A DNA stretch of 64,000 nucleotides from a virus. The notes below the pieces were generated by a model that worked only from the letters and a program-made list of their open reading frames with translations, was not told where the DNA came from and ran no database searches. Positions within the stretch are counted from its first letter, which is position 1, and the number at the start of each line of letters is the position of its first letter. A program made the translations under genes and the position numbers. Positions 21,701-31,225 of this stretch are shown in pieces. The stretch covers positions 36,643 to 100,642 of the IMG/VR virus record IMGVR_UViG_3300037502_003888; one strand, given 5' to 3'.

Positions 21701-24700
21701 ACGACTGGCTGCAGAGCGACTACGCGGAGATTGAGCGCGGTTTGTTGCCCAACATCGCCAACAAGGCCGATCAGTTGATCAACAGCTACAACATCAATTC
21801 GGCCAACCTTGAAAGCGACAACGATCTCTTGAGTTATGGACTCATAGGATTCAGACCACGGCAATACATGAGCGCACTGAACCTCGATGACGTGAGCCAG
21901 GTCAATATCTATCGACAGTTCCTGGGCACCAAGGGAACTATCCGCAGCGCCGAGCTCATGAGCAATGCACGTCTGCGCAAAGAAAGTGCGCAGTATGACA
22001 TCTATGAAAACTGGGCAGTGCAACAAGGTGTGTACGGCGCCAATGCCAATCGCAGCTTCTTTGAGATACGTCTGAATCGCGCCTTGCTGGACAGCAATCC
22101 CAGCACCATACAGGTCACGGAACCGCAGCAGACCAGCACAGCAGACCAGTCAGTGCTGGTCAGCGATCTCTGGAGGGAAAGCTACTATATCACCAGCAGT
22201 GACATACTGCCAGTGACCACAGAGACCGTGACTGACACAGCATTGCCATCAGCGGGATATGTGAATCTCAACGACATCGACATCACTGTGTTTGATCTCG
22301 ATGATCCCAGCACCTTGGCCGCGGATCTCGACCGCATCGAAGATGGCACCAGCATCTGGGTGGCCAAGGTCAATGATTATGACTGGAACGTGTATGCCAG
22401 CCAGGCAGTGCCGGGTGTGATACAACATGTGTGCGACAATCTCGATGGCACCAGTATCGTGATATTCAGCAAGCAGCATGGCCTAACAGTCAATGATACC
22501 ATCATCATCAAACAATTTGACAGCGAGATTGATGGTGTGTATCGTGTGATCAGTGTGCCGACACTGACCAAAATCACCATTGAATTCAGTTTCACTGGAG
22601 ATCGCACAGTGGTCAACGGCACGGGTTTCGCTTTTGAGCTGGTCACACAACGAGTCTCTCAGTTCAGTGATGCTGTGGATCTCGCCTATGCCAATCTGCC
22701 AGTGCCGGGTGCCCGAGTCTGGATCGACAACGATGGTACAGGCCACTGGGCCGTGGTAGAAAAACGCCAGGTGTTCCTTGATCCTCTGGAACTGGCACCG
22801 CGTGACCTAGATGCGACCCAGGCCTATGGAACCAGTGTGGCACAGGCCACAAATGGTCTAGCATCATTTGTGGGCAGTTCAAGACTGGGATTCAACACCG
22901 GTGCTACCATAGGTGGTGTGTATGTGTATGTACGCGGCGCCAGTGAGATCTATCAACCCACCAGCCCCATACAAAATGCCGATGCTATCATGCAGCTCAT
23001 GGTGACAGGCGTGCGTGAACTGGGTTATAGTTTGGCCATGGGCGACAAAGACTGGGGCGCCAGCGGCGCGCCTGGCAGTCTCGGGCCCAGCAGCGAAGCC
23101 AACGTGGGCTATGTGGGTGCTTTTTATCGCGATCTAGAAACCTATCGCCCTGGCACCAATCCCTATGTGATGTGGCAATTGCTGACCAAACCGGGAAATC
23201 TCACAACGGCTGGCAGTCGCTTTGGCAACAGCATCGACATCAGCCGCGACGAACGCTGGATGTATGTGGGCAGTCCCGGAGAAAACAAAGTCTATGCCTA
23301 TGCTCGTGTGCCCGTGCCGGTGCAGCGCATCCAAGCCCAGGGCGACAGCAGTGAAAGCTATGACGTAGCCAGCGTGATCCAAGTTGAGTCAGGAGACCAA
23401 CTGACGGTCACCCTTGATGGTCAAGAATTGGTGTTTGGAACCCAATTCACTGTCACTACCTACAGCGTGCCTGGTGTTGGAACTCGCGTGGAATCTGTGG
23501 AATTTGCAGTGGCGCCGGGATCAGATCAACAAGTGGTGATCCAGCGTCGCACACAGCATCAGATCGATGGCGGCACCTACCGCACAGTACCAGCATCAGG
23601 CGGATCAGGCACTGGAGCTGAATTCATAGTGTACCGAGCCCGGCGAGATGTCACAGTGGTGGCTGAATCCGGTGGCATTGGTTACCAAGTGGGCGACAGC
23701 CTCACCATAGATGCTGCTGATTTTGATGGTGGAACTTCACCAGCCAACGACATCACCATGACAGTGACATCAGTCACAGCCGCGGGACAGGTCGTGGCTG
23801 TAGGCAGCGTGACTTACACAGCGCCGGCAGTGGTCAACACTTTTGACATCGGCCAATACCTGTTCACTGTGAGTTCAATCTACAGTTTCTCGGTGTTGGT
23901 GGATGATGTGCTGCAGCGTCCCAACATTGACTACACCTTTGACAGCAACACACAAGAAGTAACGTTCGTCAATAATCCAGCCGATGGATCAGTGATCATC
24001 GCTAGAGCCCAGAGCTATTGGCAGTTAGTAGACACACTCACAGTGGCTGGTCTAGACAGTGCAGCAGAATTCGGTGCCAGCGTGACCTGTACCACTGATG
24101 GTCGTCAGGTCATGGTGGGCACTCCCCAGCGCGAAGTCAACGGTGTGTTGCGGGCCGGTACTGTGTATGTGTTTGATCGTGACGTGCAGAGATTTGTGTA
24201 CGGCCAAGATCCCAGCAGCATCAGCTTCACGGTACTGGGCACAGTCACAGCACCAGTGTCAGTGCTGGTCAACAACACATTCTTGCAGGATCAAGCCATG
24301 GGAGTCATTGACGGGGTCAATACTTTTGTGGTCAGCGGCAACACCGTGACGTTGAACACTGACCTAGTGGTGGGCGATTTCCTAGATATCGAGACCAATC
24401 AGTTTGCTCTGTTGCAAGTGATCAATCAAGACACACCAGAAACCTTTGCCAATTTTGGACAGGCTGTGGATATTTGCAGCAATAACTGTAGCCTATATGT
24501 AGGCGCGCCCCAGAGCAGCCTACAGATCTACAAAGGCGGTGTGGTAGAACGCCTGGTCAATCAGGCCAGGATCTATGGCACCATCACCAGCACTGTGTCG
24601 GGTCCCACTCTCACAGCAGGCAATACCCTGAGAGTCAACAACCAGGACATCACAGTGCCCGCGGCCACGGCACAGGTCAGCAGTCTGCAAGGTCTGGCCA

Positions 24701-27700
24701 ATGCCATCAACAACGAAGTGCCCAATGTCACTGCAACAGTGAGTTCAGGGCGACTCACGGTGTCAGTGAGCAATCAATCCGCAGGTGTGCCTGGCAATCT
24801 AGTACAGGTATTGCCAGGCAGCGTAGGCACAGCATTTGATGATCTCGGATTTGATGTGTATGCATCAACACAGACCATGCTCAGCCCTTATGCCAGGGAA
24901 TTTGCTGGGTTTGGTTCTGCTATCAGTGTCAGCGACAATGCTACCCAGATAGTGGTAGGCGCACCCAACGGCAACATGTACATAGTACAGATTTTTGACG
25001 AAGATCCAGCACTGTTTGATGCTGGTGTCACTGATTTTTATTCAGAGATCGCCAACAGCGGTGCGGTGTATGTGTATGACTATGCTGAATCTGCCAACGG
25101 CAGCATCACCAACCCTGCCAAATTCATAGTCACACAACAGATCGAGATTCCCGATGTTGCCACACAGGATCAACTGGGCAGCGCAGTGAGTTATGTGCAG
25201 GGTCTGTTGTACATGGCAGCACCGGGCAGCGACAAGGACAGCGAAGGAGTAGACGACAGCCAAGCCAACTATGGCCGGGTCTATGTGGTAGACAATCCAG
25301 GTGCACAGAGCAGCTGGCGTGTGCTGCAGGCACAGCGTCCCGTGGTGGATATCAGGCTGTTGAACAGTGTGTTCTTGTACAATCTAGTGAGCTCCAGCAC
25401 CACAGAATTCTTGGATTTCTTTGATCCGTTGCAGGGCAAAATACTGGGAGCTGCCCGACAGAACATCGATTATATCGGTGCCGTGGATCCCGCAGGCTAC
25501 AACTCAGGTGGTGTGAATCTGCGCGGGACCACATGGACTGGCGATCATCAAGGCGAGATATGGTGGGATACCAGCACGGTGCGGTTCATTGATCCCAATC
25601 AGGACAGCCTCACCTATGCTGCACGGCGTTGGGGTCAGGTGTTTCCGGGCAGCAGCATAGATGTCTATGAGTGGATCACCAGCACTGTGCCTCCGGATCA
25701 GTATCCGGGTCCCGGGGTAGTTCGAGACATCGGCAGCTATTCGGTGCGAGCTGTGCTGCAGCGCGACGGTACCATAGTCACAGAATATTTCTACTGGGTT
25801 CGCAGCAGCACTGCAGTGGCCACACGCCGCGGCAAGACTCTCAGCACTGAGGCCATCTCTCGATACATCGAGAATCCCCGGGGCAGTGGCATCGCTTACC
25901 TCGCTGCCATCAATGCCAGCACCGTGGCCATCTACAACTGCGAACAGCTGATTGAAGCCCAGGACACAGTGCTGCACATTGAGTTTGACCAGCAGTTCAC
26001 CACAGACAATGTGCATGTGGAGTATCAGCTGGTTCCTGAAAACCGCGCTGATGGCTGGATCACCCCAGTGATCTATCGCAAATTGCAGGACAGCCTCTGC
26101 GGCGTGGATGAAGTCGGCAACAACGTGCCTGATATCTTCCTGAGCCCACCTGAGCGCTATGGCATACAATTCCGTCCGAGACAGAGCATGTTTGTGGACC
26201 GATACTCTGCTCTGGAAAATTTCGTGCAGCGAGTGAATTCTGTGCTGGTGCAGTTTCCCATATCAGAGACTCGTAGATTCGTGCTGCTGGACAGCGCAGA
26301 TCCTGAGCCCAGCGCGCAGAGTGGACTCTGGAACAAGCGTGTGGACAACATAGAACAACTGTCATTCCAGGACATCTATGCAGTGCCATTGGGCTACAGT
26401 TATCTAGTCAACAGCGACAGCACCCAGCAAGGTCTCTGGACCATCTACACAGTGATCTCGGGTCAGCTGTTGGGTCAGCGCCAACTGAGATTGGCACGAG
26501 TACAGAACTATCGTACCAGTGATTACTGGGATTACATCAACTGGGTGCGACCCGGCTACAATGACAGCGTGCGTCCCAAGATCGAAGTACAGAACTATGC
26601 TGATCTAGATACCTTGGTGGTTCCTGTGGGCACCAGCGTCAAGGTCTTGGCCAACAGCCAAGGCAAATTCGAGATCTGGTTGCTGGAAGACACCGGCTGG
26701 GAACGAGTGGTGCTGCAAGATGGTACCATAGCCCTGGATGATGTGCTGTATGATTACAGCCTGGGTCGATTTGGTTTTGATGCTGAAGTATTTGACGCAC
26801 AGTATTTTGATCAGGCACCCACCACCGAAACACGCAAGATCATACAGGCAGTGAATCAAGAATTGTTCATTGACGATCTCTTGATAGAACGCAATCGCTT
26901 GTTGGTGCTGATGTTTGAATACGTGCTGAGCGAAAATGTGGCTCCTGAGTGGTTGGTCAAGACCAGCCTGGTGGATGTGGATCACAGCGTGCGGGAACTG
27001 CTGCCATTCCAGAATTATCGCCGTGACAATCAGGAATTCGTGGAAGATTACGTCCAAGAAGTCAAGCCCTATCACGTGCAAGTGCGGGAATTCAATCTCA
27101 AATACTTTGGTATTGACACCTATCTCGGTGACCTCACAGACTTTGATTTACCTGCGTACTGGAACACTGCCCTCACAGTACCGCGTTTCACATCGCCGAT
27201 TCTCACACCTTATGCCATGAGCCTGCCCGAGCCCACCAATATATTGAGTGACGCTGCCAGCACCAATGGCATCTGGCAACAATGGCCCTATAGCCAATGG
27301 TACAGCAATTTCTTGCTGACTCTCACAGACATACGTGTGGTAGACAGTGGCACGGGTTACACCGGCATTCCTGAGATCATCATACAAGGTGACGCTGTGA
27401 TCCCGGCCACGGCCGTGGCGCGCATCAACATTGCCGGAGAAGTCATCGCTATCGATGTGTTGACCGCAGGTTCGGGGTATCGCAGCACACCTGTGATCGT
27501 GATCCAAGGTGGAAACGGCACCGGAGCCCGCGCCTACCCCACCATGCTCAATGCCACCACGCGTGAATTCCGTGTGAACATGAAGTTTGACCGGTATCAA
27601 TATCGCAGTGATATCGAAATGTGGAGTCCCGATGGCACCTACGAAAATGGTATCCTGGTCAGATATCAAGATCAAGTATGGCGTGCTGACAATCAGGACG

Positions 27701-30435
27701 GTAGCTCGGCCAACGTTGGTCCCACATTTGATCTCCAAAACTGGCAAGTGGTACCAGCTGGCCAGCTCAGTGGGCTGGATCGCACCAAGGGTTACTATGT
27801 GCCCGGGGTCAACATGCCGGGTCTCGACCTACCTTTGTTGATCGACGGGCTCGATTATCCTGGTGTACAGGTCAAAGGCAATGATTTCGTGGGCGGTTGG
27901 CCATTGGACGCGGAATACAGCAGCAGTTTCTTGGATATCTATCTGGGAACCCGGCCCACAGACATCAACGTAGATGGTGGCGAGTTCCTAGGTCCTTACG
28001 AAGGCCATGCACCGGAAGAACTTGTAAACGGTGCCATATATGACACCTTGGATCTGCGGGTGTACACACGTCCCGGTTCAGACTGGAGCGGCAACGGACA
28101 TGGTTTTGATCTGCGCACAGTGAATGTTCAGTGGACCACAGGATCCATCAGCTGGGCTGGACTATTGGATGCACCGGTAGAACTTTTGGTAAGCGATGCC
28201 ACACAGCGCCTGCAATTGGTGTTTGGCACGGACTATGACATCGACTGGGACGATCAAACCATAACCTTTACCAGCACCAGTCCTGTGCAGAGCGGCGACA
28301 TCATCAGCGTGGTTGTTTATGGCCTGGGCGGTGGTAGCCAATTGTTCACAGGCAACTACGTGGGTGCCAACATCGTGAATCAACAAGTGGTGGTGCCGGT
28401 GAACAGCAGCGAGATCAATCAAGTCGTGGTGTTCGTGGACGGGTCACAGGTCACCGCACCCACATTTGTACCCTACACAGCCCACGTGGCATGGACCATC
28501 CAACAGGGATATCAGCGCGGTACTGTGGTGTTGGAAAGCAACGTTTACTATCGGGCGATACAGACGGTGCCAGCCGGTGTGTTGTTGAGCAACCTCCAAT
28601 ACTGGCTGAGTTTCGTGCCCACGCTGGAGACTTTGGTGACATTGGCCTCGCAACCAGCGGCAACAGCCGGTGTCACTGTGGTGGTCATGGGTGATTTCTC
28701 AGTGCAGGCTGGGGCTTTCATACCAGGTCGCACCTATACCATAGCCACGCTGGGCACCACAGATTTCACTGCTGTGGGAGCTGCCAGCAACACAGTGGGA
28801 GTGAGCTTCGTGGCCACAGCACCGGGATCGGGATCCGGCACTGCCTACACCAACTACAGCTGGAGCACCCCACAGACACAGATAGTGACCGTGGATGCCG
28901 GCATCGCAGCTGATGGTATCATCACCTTGACCAACAGCATGACTGGTACTAATCCAGCCAATCTGGTGGTCACACGCAACGGGCTGCGTTTGACTGGTGC
29001 CAGCTGCCAGCGTTGGATCTCCAACGGCACGGAAACCAGTTTTGGTTTGCCGCAGCGAGTGGGCCCCAGTTTTGAACAGATCACTATCAATCCCAACACC
29101 GATATACAGGTATGGGTAGACAACATACTGCAGGTACAGAATTTTGGACCCATCGTTGGTGACTATTATGTCACTGCCTGGGGTGGCAGCAACGTTCCCG
29201 GCAGGCAAGTGGTGTTCAACAATCCACCGCTGGCAGGCAGCGTGGTATTGATCTCGCTCAACATCATTGACACACAGCTCACAGCCTATGAGGTCTACAA
29301 CAATCTCATAGAATTCTACGAGCCACTCAACATCGGTGATGTGATAGCAATCACCAGCTGGAATGACACCAGCCAGCAGGACATCACCACACAGGTTTTT
29401 GTGGGACCTGTGATATCCGGTGTCACTGCAGCCGAGCCCTATGACAGCACACCATACGATCAAGCCACGGTAGACAGCACACCGGGCAGTTTCAGCTATA
29501 CTCTGGGGCAGCCCTATGCGGTCAACGATTTCTTCTTGCAGGGTGATGTCACTGACGCTGGTAGATTGTGGGTCACCTTGGATGGTTATAGATTGTATGA
29601 GGGACAGGACTTCACAGTGGTCAACGGTGAATTGGTCTTGGCAGCTGGAGCCATAGGACAAGCACAGGTCTTGGTGGTCACATCTTTCACAGACAGCATC
29701 GTGCCCGAAGCCTGTGCTTTCCGTGTGTTCCAGGACATGCGCGGTGTGCAAGCTACCTATCGAATCACACCCCAGAGCACCACCACTGTGGCACAACCGG
29801 TTTATGAAAACAGCGATCGCATTTATGTCACAGATGTGTCGGTGCTGACTGAGCCCAACCTCCAGTCCAATGTCTTGGGTGTGATTACCATAGACGGCGA
29901 GCGCATCACTTATCGCAACCGTGATCTCAGCAACAACAGCATTTCGGGCCTGCGCCGCGGCACAGCAGGCACTGGTGCAGCTGATCATGCTGTTGGCGCA
30001 GATGTGTATGTCATGGGGCGCGACAATCTCTTGGCTGAACAATATCAAGACTACGTGGTGGGCGACACCACGCTGGGTGATGGCAGCACCACAGAGTTCT
30101 ATGCTCCCAGCATACCAATACCCCAGATAGGCGACAGCAGCCTTTTCGAGATTGAAAGCCTAGAAGTTTACGTAGGTGGTGTGCGACAACTTAGATTGGG
30201 GCAGCCCGGCAATAGCCAATATCGCTGGATATTCACCAATTGGGAACCCATCGGCATACAATTTGTGGTGAACGATGATCCCGTGGATCCACAATTAGCC
30301 CCGCCCCAAGGCGTAGAAGTCACCATAGCCCAGCGCAGAGGTACTTGGTGGTATGATGTCAGTACTGCAGCAGCTCGTGAACTCAGCCTGCAAGAAACAG
30401 ACACATTGCAGGCCAAGTTCTTGACCAATAGATAG
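15703..30435 (+). CDS. Giant 4910-aa virion structural protein (baseplate wedge/fibre-like, multi-domain)
   Basis: Uninterrupted 14.7 kb ORF after gp6-like; contains an EVKPYH wedge-type motif, FG-GAP-like blades and CBM-like motifs. Confidence 0.8.
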   Translation: MARVRSVDFLPQIFQTDTNRQFLAATLDTLTQEPQFKKTQGYIGRRVGPGVDPNDVYVIEPDKTRTDYQLEAGIVSLVPDTNEIKDLMTYPGLADAISYQGGDGSRSDRLYESDYYCWDPFVDFDTLVNFNQYYWVPNGPDVVDVSATPIPATEQFTVNRANGVYTVPGQSGPNPTITLVRGGSYTFSVAQNRVETINFRVQNQGVSAYLIDRQPNPALTLIRGNTYVFQLNLRDNFPFWIKTLPTLGEADAYDQGVLRNGAVTGSITFTVPQDAPDQLYYTSQNNISLQGTINVVNGQSGTGSGFWIQTAPGVSGTLPAYPNISSRDVLGVQNNGIDLGQVVFNVPRVTAQQFYYNLPNFTVGVDLLTDLKFDEINNQPLLEFIARTGGIDGITNLIGRTLVFSTPIISPEAGGWFRETLYDPLDPTQANNDLAGSYDSLPYDLTTVIPAEDRRQLWQISTITSNGIAYIQLEKISNIPDLHKFPIRFGTVYSNTVWYKTQTQDLERVPLLSAASDTLYYQDGTDPEIYGVIKLVDGNINQVLFIDQIEGQSQYTSPNGVVFTNGLKVKFTGDVVPANYASGTVTVVCTSTQADINAITTYSTDILYPNQQIVFTSPTVGGLQPGITYYVGTIINELQFTVTLVPNGADVVLQDGSIAQMIGTAINDRQYYVSGVGSSIRLLPVTDFVTPEEYVETEDPDGSTVTTQPNLPDYITIDRASIDLNAWSRSNRWFHKDVLVATATYNDTEISLPNEYRGRRPILQFRPGIRLWNMGTRGKQPVNIIDFQETDAFSDIEGSLSYSTDGYALENGSRVIFAADIDPEVRNKIYQVEFITPDSIPDLIAQPIIHLRLADDGLVLADDSTVCLNGDTLKGVTFWYDGDRWIRSQQKTSIQQAPLYNVYDLQGRSFGDSTVYPSTNFAGSKLFSYALTSSSQVDPVLQLPLQYRNIANIGDIVFDNNLYSDSFIYTLNRVSQTVPISTGTVREYSSRTQYRRQLGWQTAATTSKVYQQFRFTYNGQDLVLDVRAQDVVTVPSIKIYVENVFVDPSQYNYTRTNNSTTITFADGVATGSLVEVLVLSAQTSNVAFRQVPLNLENNPFNANSDSFTLGTVRQHYDNLCENLTNLQGEINGANNTRDLGNIVPFGLTILQQSSPLTLAGYFLRDPGYDFFQALIYNSREYTKYKNLILDNVTQQELQFQTAAEILDTAIENLTQGRVSNQPFYWSDMLPSGAVYTETVYTVTNITTNTFDTTQVYDYDTANYLGLNVYFQDTILIRGLDYTVSTDAPQITVLFPLAVGDQIVLREYATTYGSFCPNTPTKLGLYPAWRPDIITVQGSFGPTQVIRGHDGSQTPLFNDLRDDVLLEFERRIYNNLKLDNNPVPLTITDVLPGQFRETGYSFSEINTLLNQDFLSYLAWNKLDYRTQDYRADNEFTWNYSTAKSKLDNRNLLGAWRGINRYYYDTEQPESTPWEMLGFTVEPDWWQDNYGAAPYTQNNLVLWDDLAAGVVRDPAGVYIRPQYARPGLQQVIPTGDQGQLLSPFDSVVGTYDSTQFRRSWSLGDGSPVESSWYNSSSYPFAVMRVLALTRPAKFFALFADRDLYKYDNEFGQYLLNQRYRLDANGVQVYGDGVSKASYINWIVDYNRQTGINSTDILETDLANLDVRLCYRMASFSDKKLIQVYTDRATPAGTNNTLLLPDQSYNLLLYKNQPFSRASYSSVIIQNVPGGYAVFGYSTTQPFFNVQTSVTNGQLDTIGVGSVRVRVPTLYLNKVTQVPYGFIFRDRTSVVDFLLSYGEFLTRQGLTFDSIENGYVLDWRQMAVEFLYWSQQGWAENTVISINPLALRMSVTRPGAVVDSINVQTIESLLLDQNRRQFPTRNLDIVRLENTFTVRPLTDQVLSYIDLKYTSFEHVIVLNNASEFGDLIYDPITGARQSRLNLVAVTTSGWNGSIDTPGFILNTPTVQDWDRTRIYAKGEIVRYKGAFWSAATIVQPSERFNYNDWLQSDYAEIERGLLPNIANKADQLINSYNINSANLESDNDLLSYGLIGFRPRQYMSALNLDDVSQVNIYRQFLGTKGTIRSAELMSNARLRKESAQYDIYENWAVQQGVYGANANRSFFEIRLNRALLDSNPSTIQVTEPQQTSTADQSVLVSDLWRESYYITSSDILPVTTETVTDTALPSAGYVNLNDIDITVFDLDDPSTLAADLDRIEDGTSIWVAKVNDYDWNVYASQAVPGVIQHVCDNLDGTSIVIFSKQHGLTVNDTIIIKQFDSEIDGVYRVISVPTLTKITIEFSFTGDRTVVNGTGFAFELVTQRVSQFSDAVDLAYANLPVPGARVWIDNDGTGHWAVVEKRQVFLDPLELAPRDLDATQAYGTSVAQATNGLASFVGSSRLGFNTGATIGGVYVYVRGASEIYQPTSPIQNADAIMQLMVTGVRELGYSLAMGDKDWGASGAPGSLGPSSEANVGYVGAFYRDLETYRPGTNPYVMWQLLTKPGNLTTAGSRFGNSIDISRDERWMYVGSPGENKVYAYARVPVPVQRIQAQGDSSESYDVASVIQVESGDQLTVTLDGQELVFGTQFTVTTYSVPGVGTRVESVEFAVAPGSDQQVVIQRRTQHQIDGGTYRTVPASGGSGTGAEFIVYRARRDVTVVAESGGIGYQVGDSLTIDAADFDGGTSPANDITMTVTSVTAAGQVVAVGSVTYTAPAVVNTFDIGQYLFTVSSIYSFSVLVDDVLQRPNIDYTFDSNTQEVTFVNNPADGSVIIARAQSYWQLVDTLTVAGLDSAAEFGASVTCTTDGRQVMVGTPQREVNGVLRAGTVYVFDRDVQRFVYGQDPSSISFTVLGTVTAPVSVLVNNTFLQDQAMGVIDGVNTFVVSGNTVTLNTDLVVGDFLDIETNQFALLQVINQDTPETFANFGQAVDICSNNCSLYVGAPQSSLQIYKGGVVERLVNQARIYGTITSTVSGPTLTAGNTLRVNNQDITVPAATAQVSSLQGLANAINNEVPNVTATVSSGRLTVSVSNQSAGVPGNLVQVLPGSVGTAFDDLGFDVYASTQTMLSPYAREFAGFGSAISVSDNATQIVVGAPNGNMYIVQIFDEDPALFDAGVTDFYSEIANSGAVYVYDYAESANGSITNPAKFIVTQQIEIPDVATQDQLGSAVSYVQGLLYMAAPGSDKDSEGVDDSQANYGRVYVVDNPGAQSSWRVLQAQRPVVDIRLLNSVFLYNLVSSSTTEFLDFFDPLQGKILGAARQNIDYIGAVDPAGYNSGGVNLRGTTWTGDHQGEIWWDTSTVRFIDPNQDSLTYAARRWGQVFPGSSIDVYEWITSTVPPDQYPGPGVVRDIGSYSVRAVLQRDGTIVTEYFYWVRSSTAVATRRGKTLSTEAISRYIENPRGSGIAYLAAINASTVAIYNCEQLIEAQDTVLHIEFDQQFTTDNVHVEYQLVPENRADGWITPVIYRKLQDSLCGVDEVGNNVPDIFLSPPERYGIQFRPRQSMFVDRYSALENFVQRVNSVLVQFPISETRRFVLLDSADPEPSAQSGLWNKRVDNIEQLSFQDIYAVPLGYSYLVNSDSTQQGLWTIYTVISGQLLGQRQLRLARVQNYRTSDYWDYINWVRPGYNDSVRPKIEVQNYADLDTLVVPVGTSVKVLANSQGKFEIWLLEDTGWERVVLQDGTIALDDVLYDYSLGRFGFDAEVFDAQYFDQAPTTETRKIIQAVNQELFIDDLLIERNRLLVLMFEYVLSENVAPEWLVKTSLVDVDHSVRELLPFQNYRRDNQEFVEDYVQEVKPYHVQVREFNLKYFGIDTYLGDLTDFDLPAYWNTALTVPRFTSPILTPYAMSLPEPTNILSDAASTNGIWQQWPYSQWYSNFLLTLTDIRVVDSGTGYTGIPEIIIQGDAVIPATAVARINIAGEVIAIDVLTAGSGYRSTPVIVIQGGNGTGARAYPTMLNATTREFRVNMKFDRYQYRSDIEMWSPDGTYENGILVRYQDQVWRADNQDGSSANVGPTFDLQNWQVVPAGQLSGLDRTKGYYVPGVNMPGLDLPLLIDGLDYPGVQVKGNDFVGGWPLDAEYSSSFLDIYLGTRPTDINVDGGEFLGPYEGHAPEELVNGAIYDTLDLRVYTRPGSDWSGNGHGFDLRTVNVQWTTGSISWAGLLDAPVELLVSDATQRLQLVFGTDYDIDWDDQTITFTSTSPVQSGDIISVVVYGLGGGSQLFTGNYVGANIVNQQVVVPVNSSEINQVVVFVDGSQVTAPTFVPYTAHVAWTIQQGYQRGTVVLESNVYYRAIQTVPAGVLLSNLQYWLSFVPTLETLVTLASQPAATAGVTVVVMGDFSVQAGAFIPGRTYTIATLGTTDFTAVGAASNTVGVSFVATAPGSGSGTAYTNYSWSTPQTQIVTVDAGIAADGIITLTNSMTGTNPANLVVTRNGLRLTGASCQRWISNGTETSFGLPQRVGPSFEQITINPNTDIQVWVDNILQVQNFGPIVGDYYVTAWGGSNVPGRQVVFNNPPLAGSVVLISLNIIDTQLTAYEVYNNLIEFYEPLNIGDVIAITSWNDTSQQDITTQVFVGPVISGVTAAEPYDSTPYDQATVDSTPGSFSYTLGQPYAVNDFFLQGDVTDAGRLWVTLDGYRLYEGQDFTVVNGELVLAAGAIGQAQVLVVTSFTDSIVPEACAFRVFQDMRGVQATYRITPQSTTTVAQPVYENSDRIYVTDVSVLTEPNLQSNVLGVITIDGERITYRNRDLSNNSISGLRRGTAGTGAADHAVGADVYVMGRDNLLAEQYQDYVVGDTTLGDGSTTEFYAPSIPIPQIGDSSLFEIESLEVYVGGVRQLRLGQPGNSQYRWIFTNWEPIGIQFVVNDDPVDPQLAPPQGVEVTIAQRRGTWWYDVSTAAARELSLQETDTLQAKFLTNR

Positions 30436-30454
30436 GAGCGCTAAATAAATGATC

Positions 30455-30598
30455 ATGCAATCTCCTGCCAATAACACACAGCCCCGACCTGCTGACCCCG
30501 CCAAGCGGCCCAACGAACAAGGCAAAATCCTTGTGCAAGATTATTTCGTGATCAAGGATCGCGCCAACAATCAAGTGCTAGTAAAGGGACGAGGATGA
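30455..30598 (+). CDS. Small 47-aa protein (not in the ORF track)
   Basis: MQSPANNTQPRPADPAKRPNEQGKILVQDYFVIKDRANNQVLVKGRG; TAAATA at 30442 upstream; its stop overlaps the next ATG as ATGA. Confidence 0.7.
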   Translation: MQSPANNTQPRPADPAKRPNEQGKILVQDYFVIKDRANNQVLVKGRG

Positions 30599-31197
30599 TT
30601 ACCATACCCTGCATGATACAAGGTTTCGTCAAGATTTACGATCCGCTCAGCGGAGAAGTATTCGTTGACAAGAAAAACGCTATACATTATGAAAACATGA
30701 GCATCGCGCTGGCCCAGAGCCTCGCTGATCGCAATCTCGGATACATCTACGAGATGGTTTTTGGCAACGGTGGCAGCAGCGTAGATCCCACTGGTGTGAT
30801 CACTTATCTACCGCCCAATACCACAGGTCAAAACGCCGAACTCTATAACCAGACCTATGCCAAGGTAGTGGATGACAACAGCGCAGCAGATCTCGACCCT
30901 TTGAACAACAAACTCACGGTGTTGCACACCAGCAACGAAGTCTACACGGATGTGCTGGTGACCTGCCTCTTGGACTACGGTGAACCACCCGAACAGCAGG
31001 CCTTTGACAACAGCACACAATACAACGGTGAATTTGTGTTTGATGAATTGGGGCTCAAAGCCTGGAATGGCGCTGTAGATGATCTCAGGCTCATCACTCA
31101 TGTGATCTTTCACCCTGTGCAAAAGAGTTTGAACCGGCAGATACAGATAGATTATACCATCCGGATCCAGACTCTGAGCAATATCAATGCAGTATAA
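30595..31197 (+). CDS. Baseplate/tail-fibre attachment structural protein
   Basis: FGNGG, FDELGL and THVIFHPVQKS motifs typical of baseplate/fibre-anchor proteins; position in the module. Confidence 0.65.
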   Translation: MITIPCMIQGFVKIYDPLSGEVFVDKKNAIHYENMSIALAQSLADRNLGYIYEMVFGNGGSSVDPTGVITYLPPNTTGQNAELYNQTYAKVVDDNSAADLDPLNNKLTVLHTSNEVYTDVLVTCLLDYGEPPEQQAFDNSTQYNGEFVFDELGLKAWNGAVDDLRLITHVIFHPVQKSLNRQIQIDYTIRIQTLSNINAV

Positions 31198-31200
31198 ATA
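31193..31200 (+). promoter_or_regulatory. Canonical T4 late promoter TATAAATA
   Basis: Exact consensus 25 nt before the fibre gene ATG. Confidence 0.75.
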
Positions 31201-31225
31201 CGCGACTATTAACAGGTAACGCCAA

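Noticed and set aside
28699-30048. 449-aa antisense ORF
   Set aside because: Shadow of the 4910-aa gene with no recognisable features.
15703-30435. Intein or intron in the giant gene, or tape-measure identity
   Set aside because: No intein or homing-endonuclease motifs were noticed, and the sequence is beta-rich, not helical like a tape measure.
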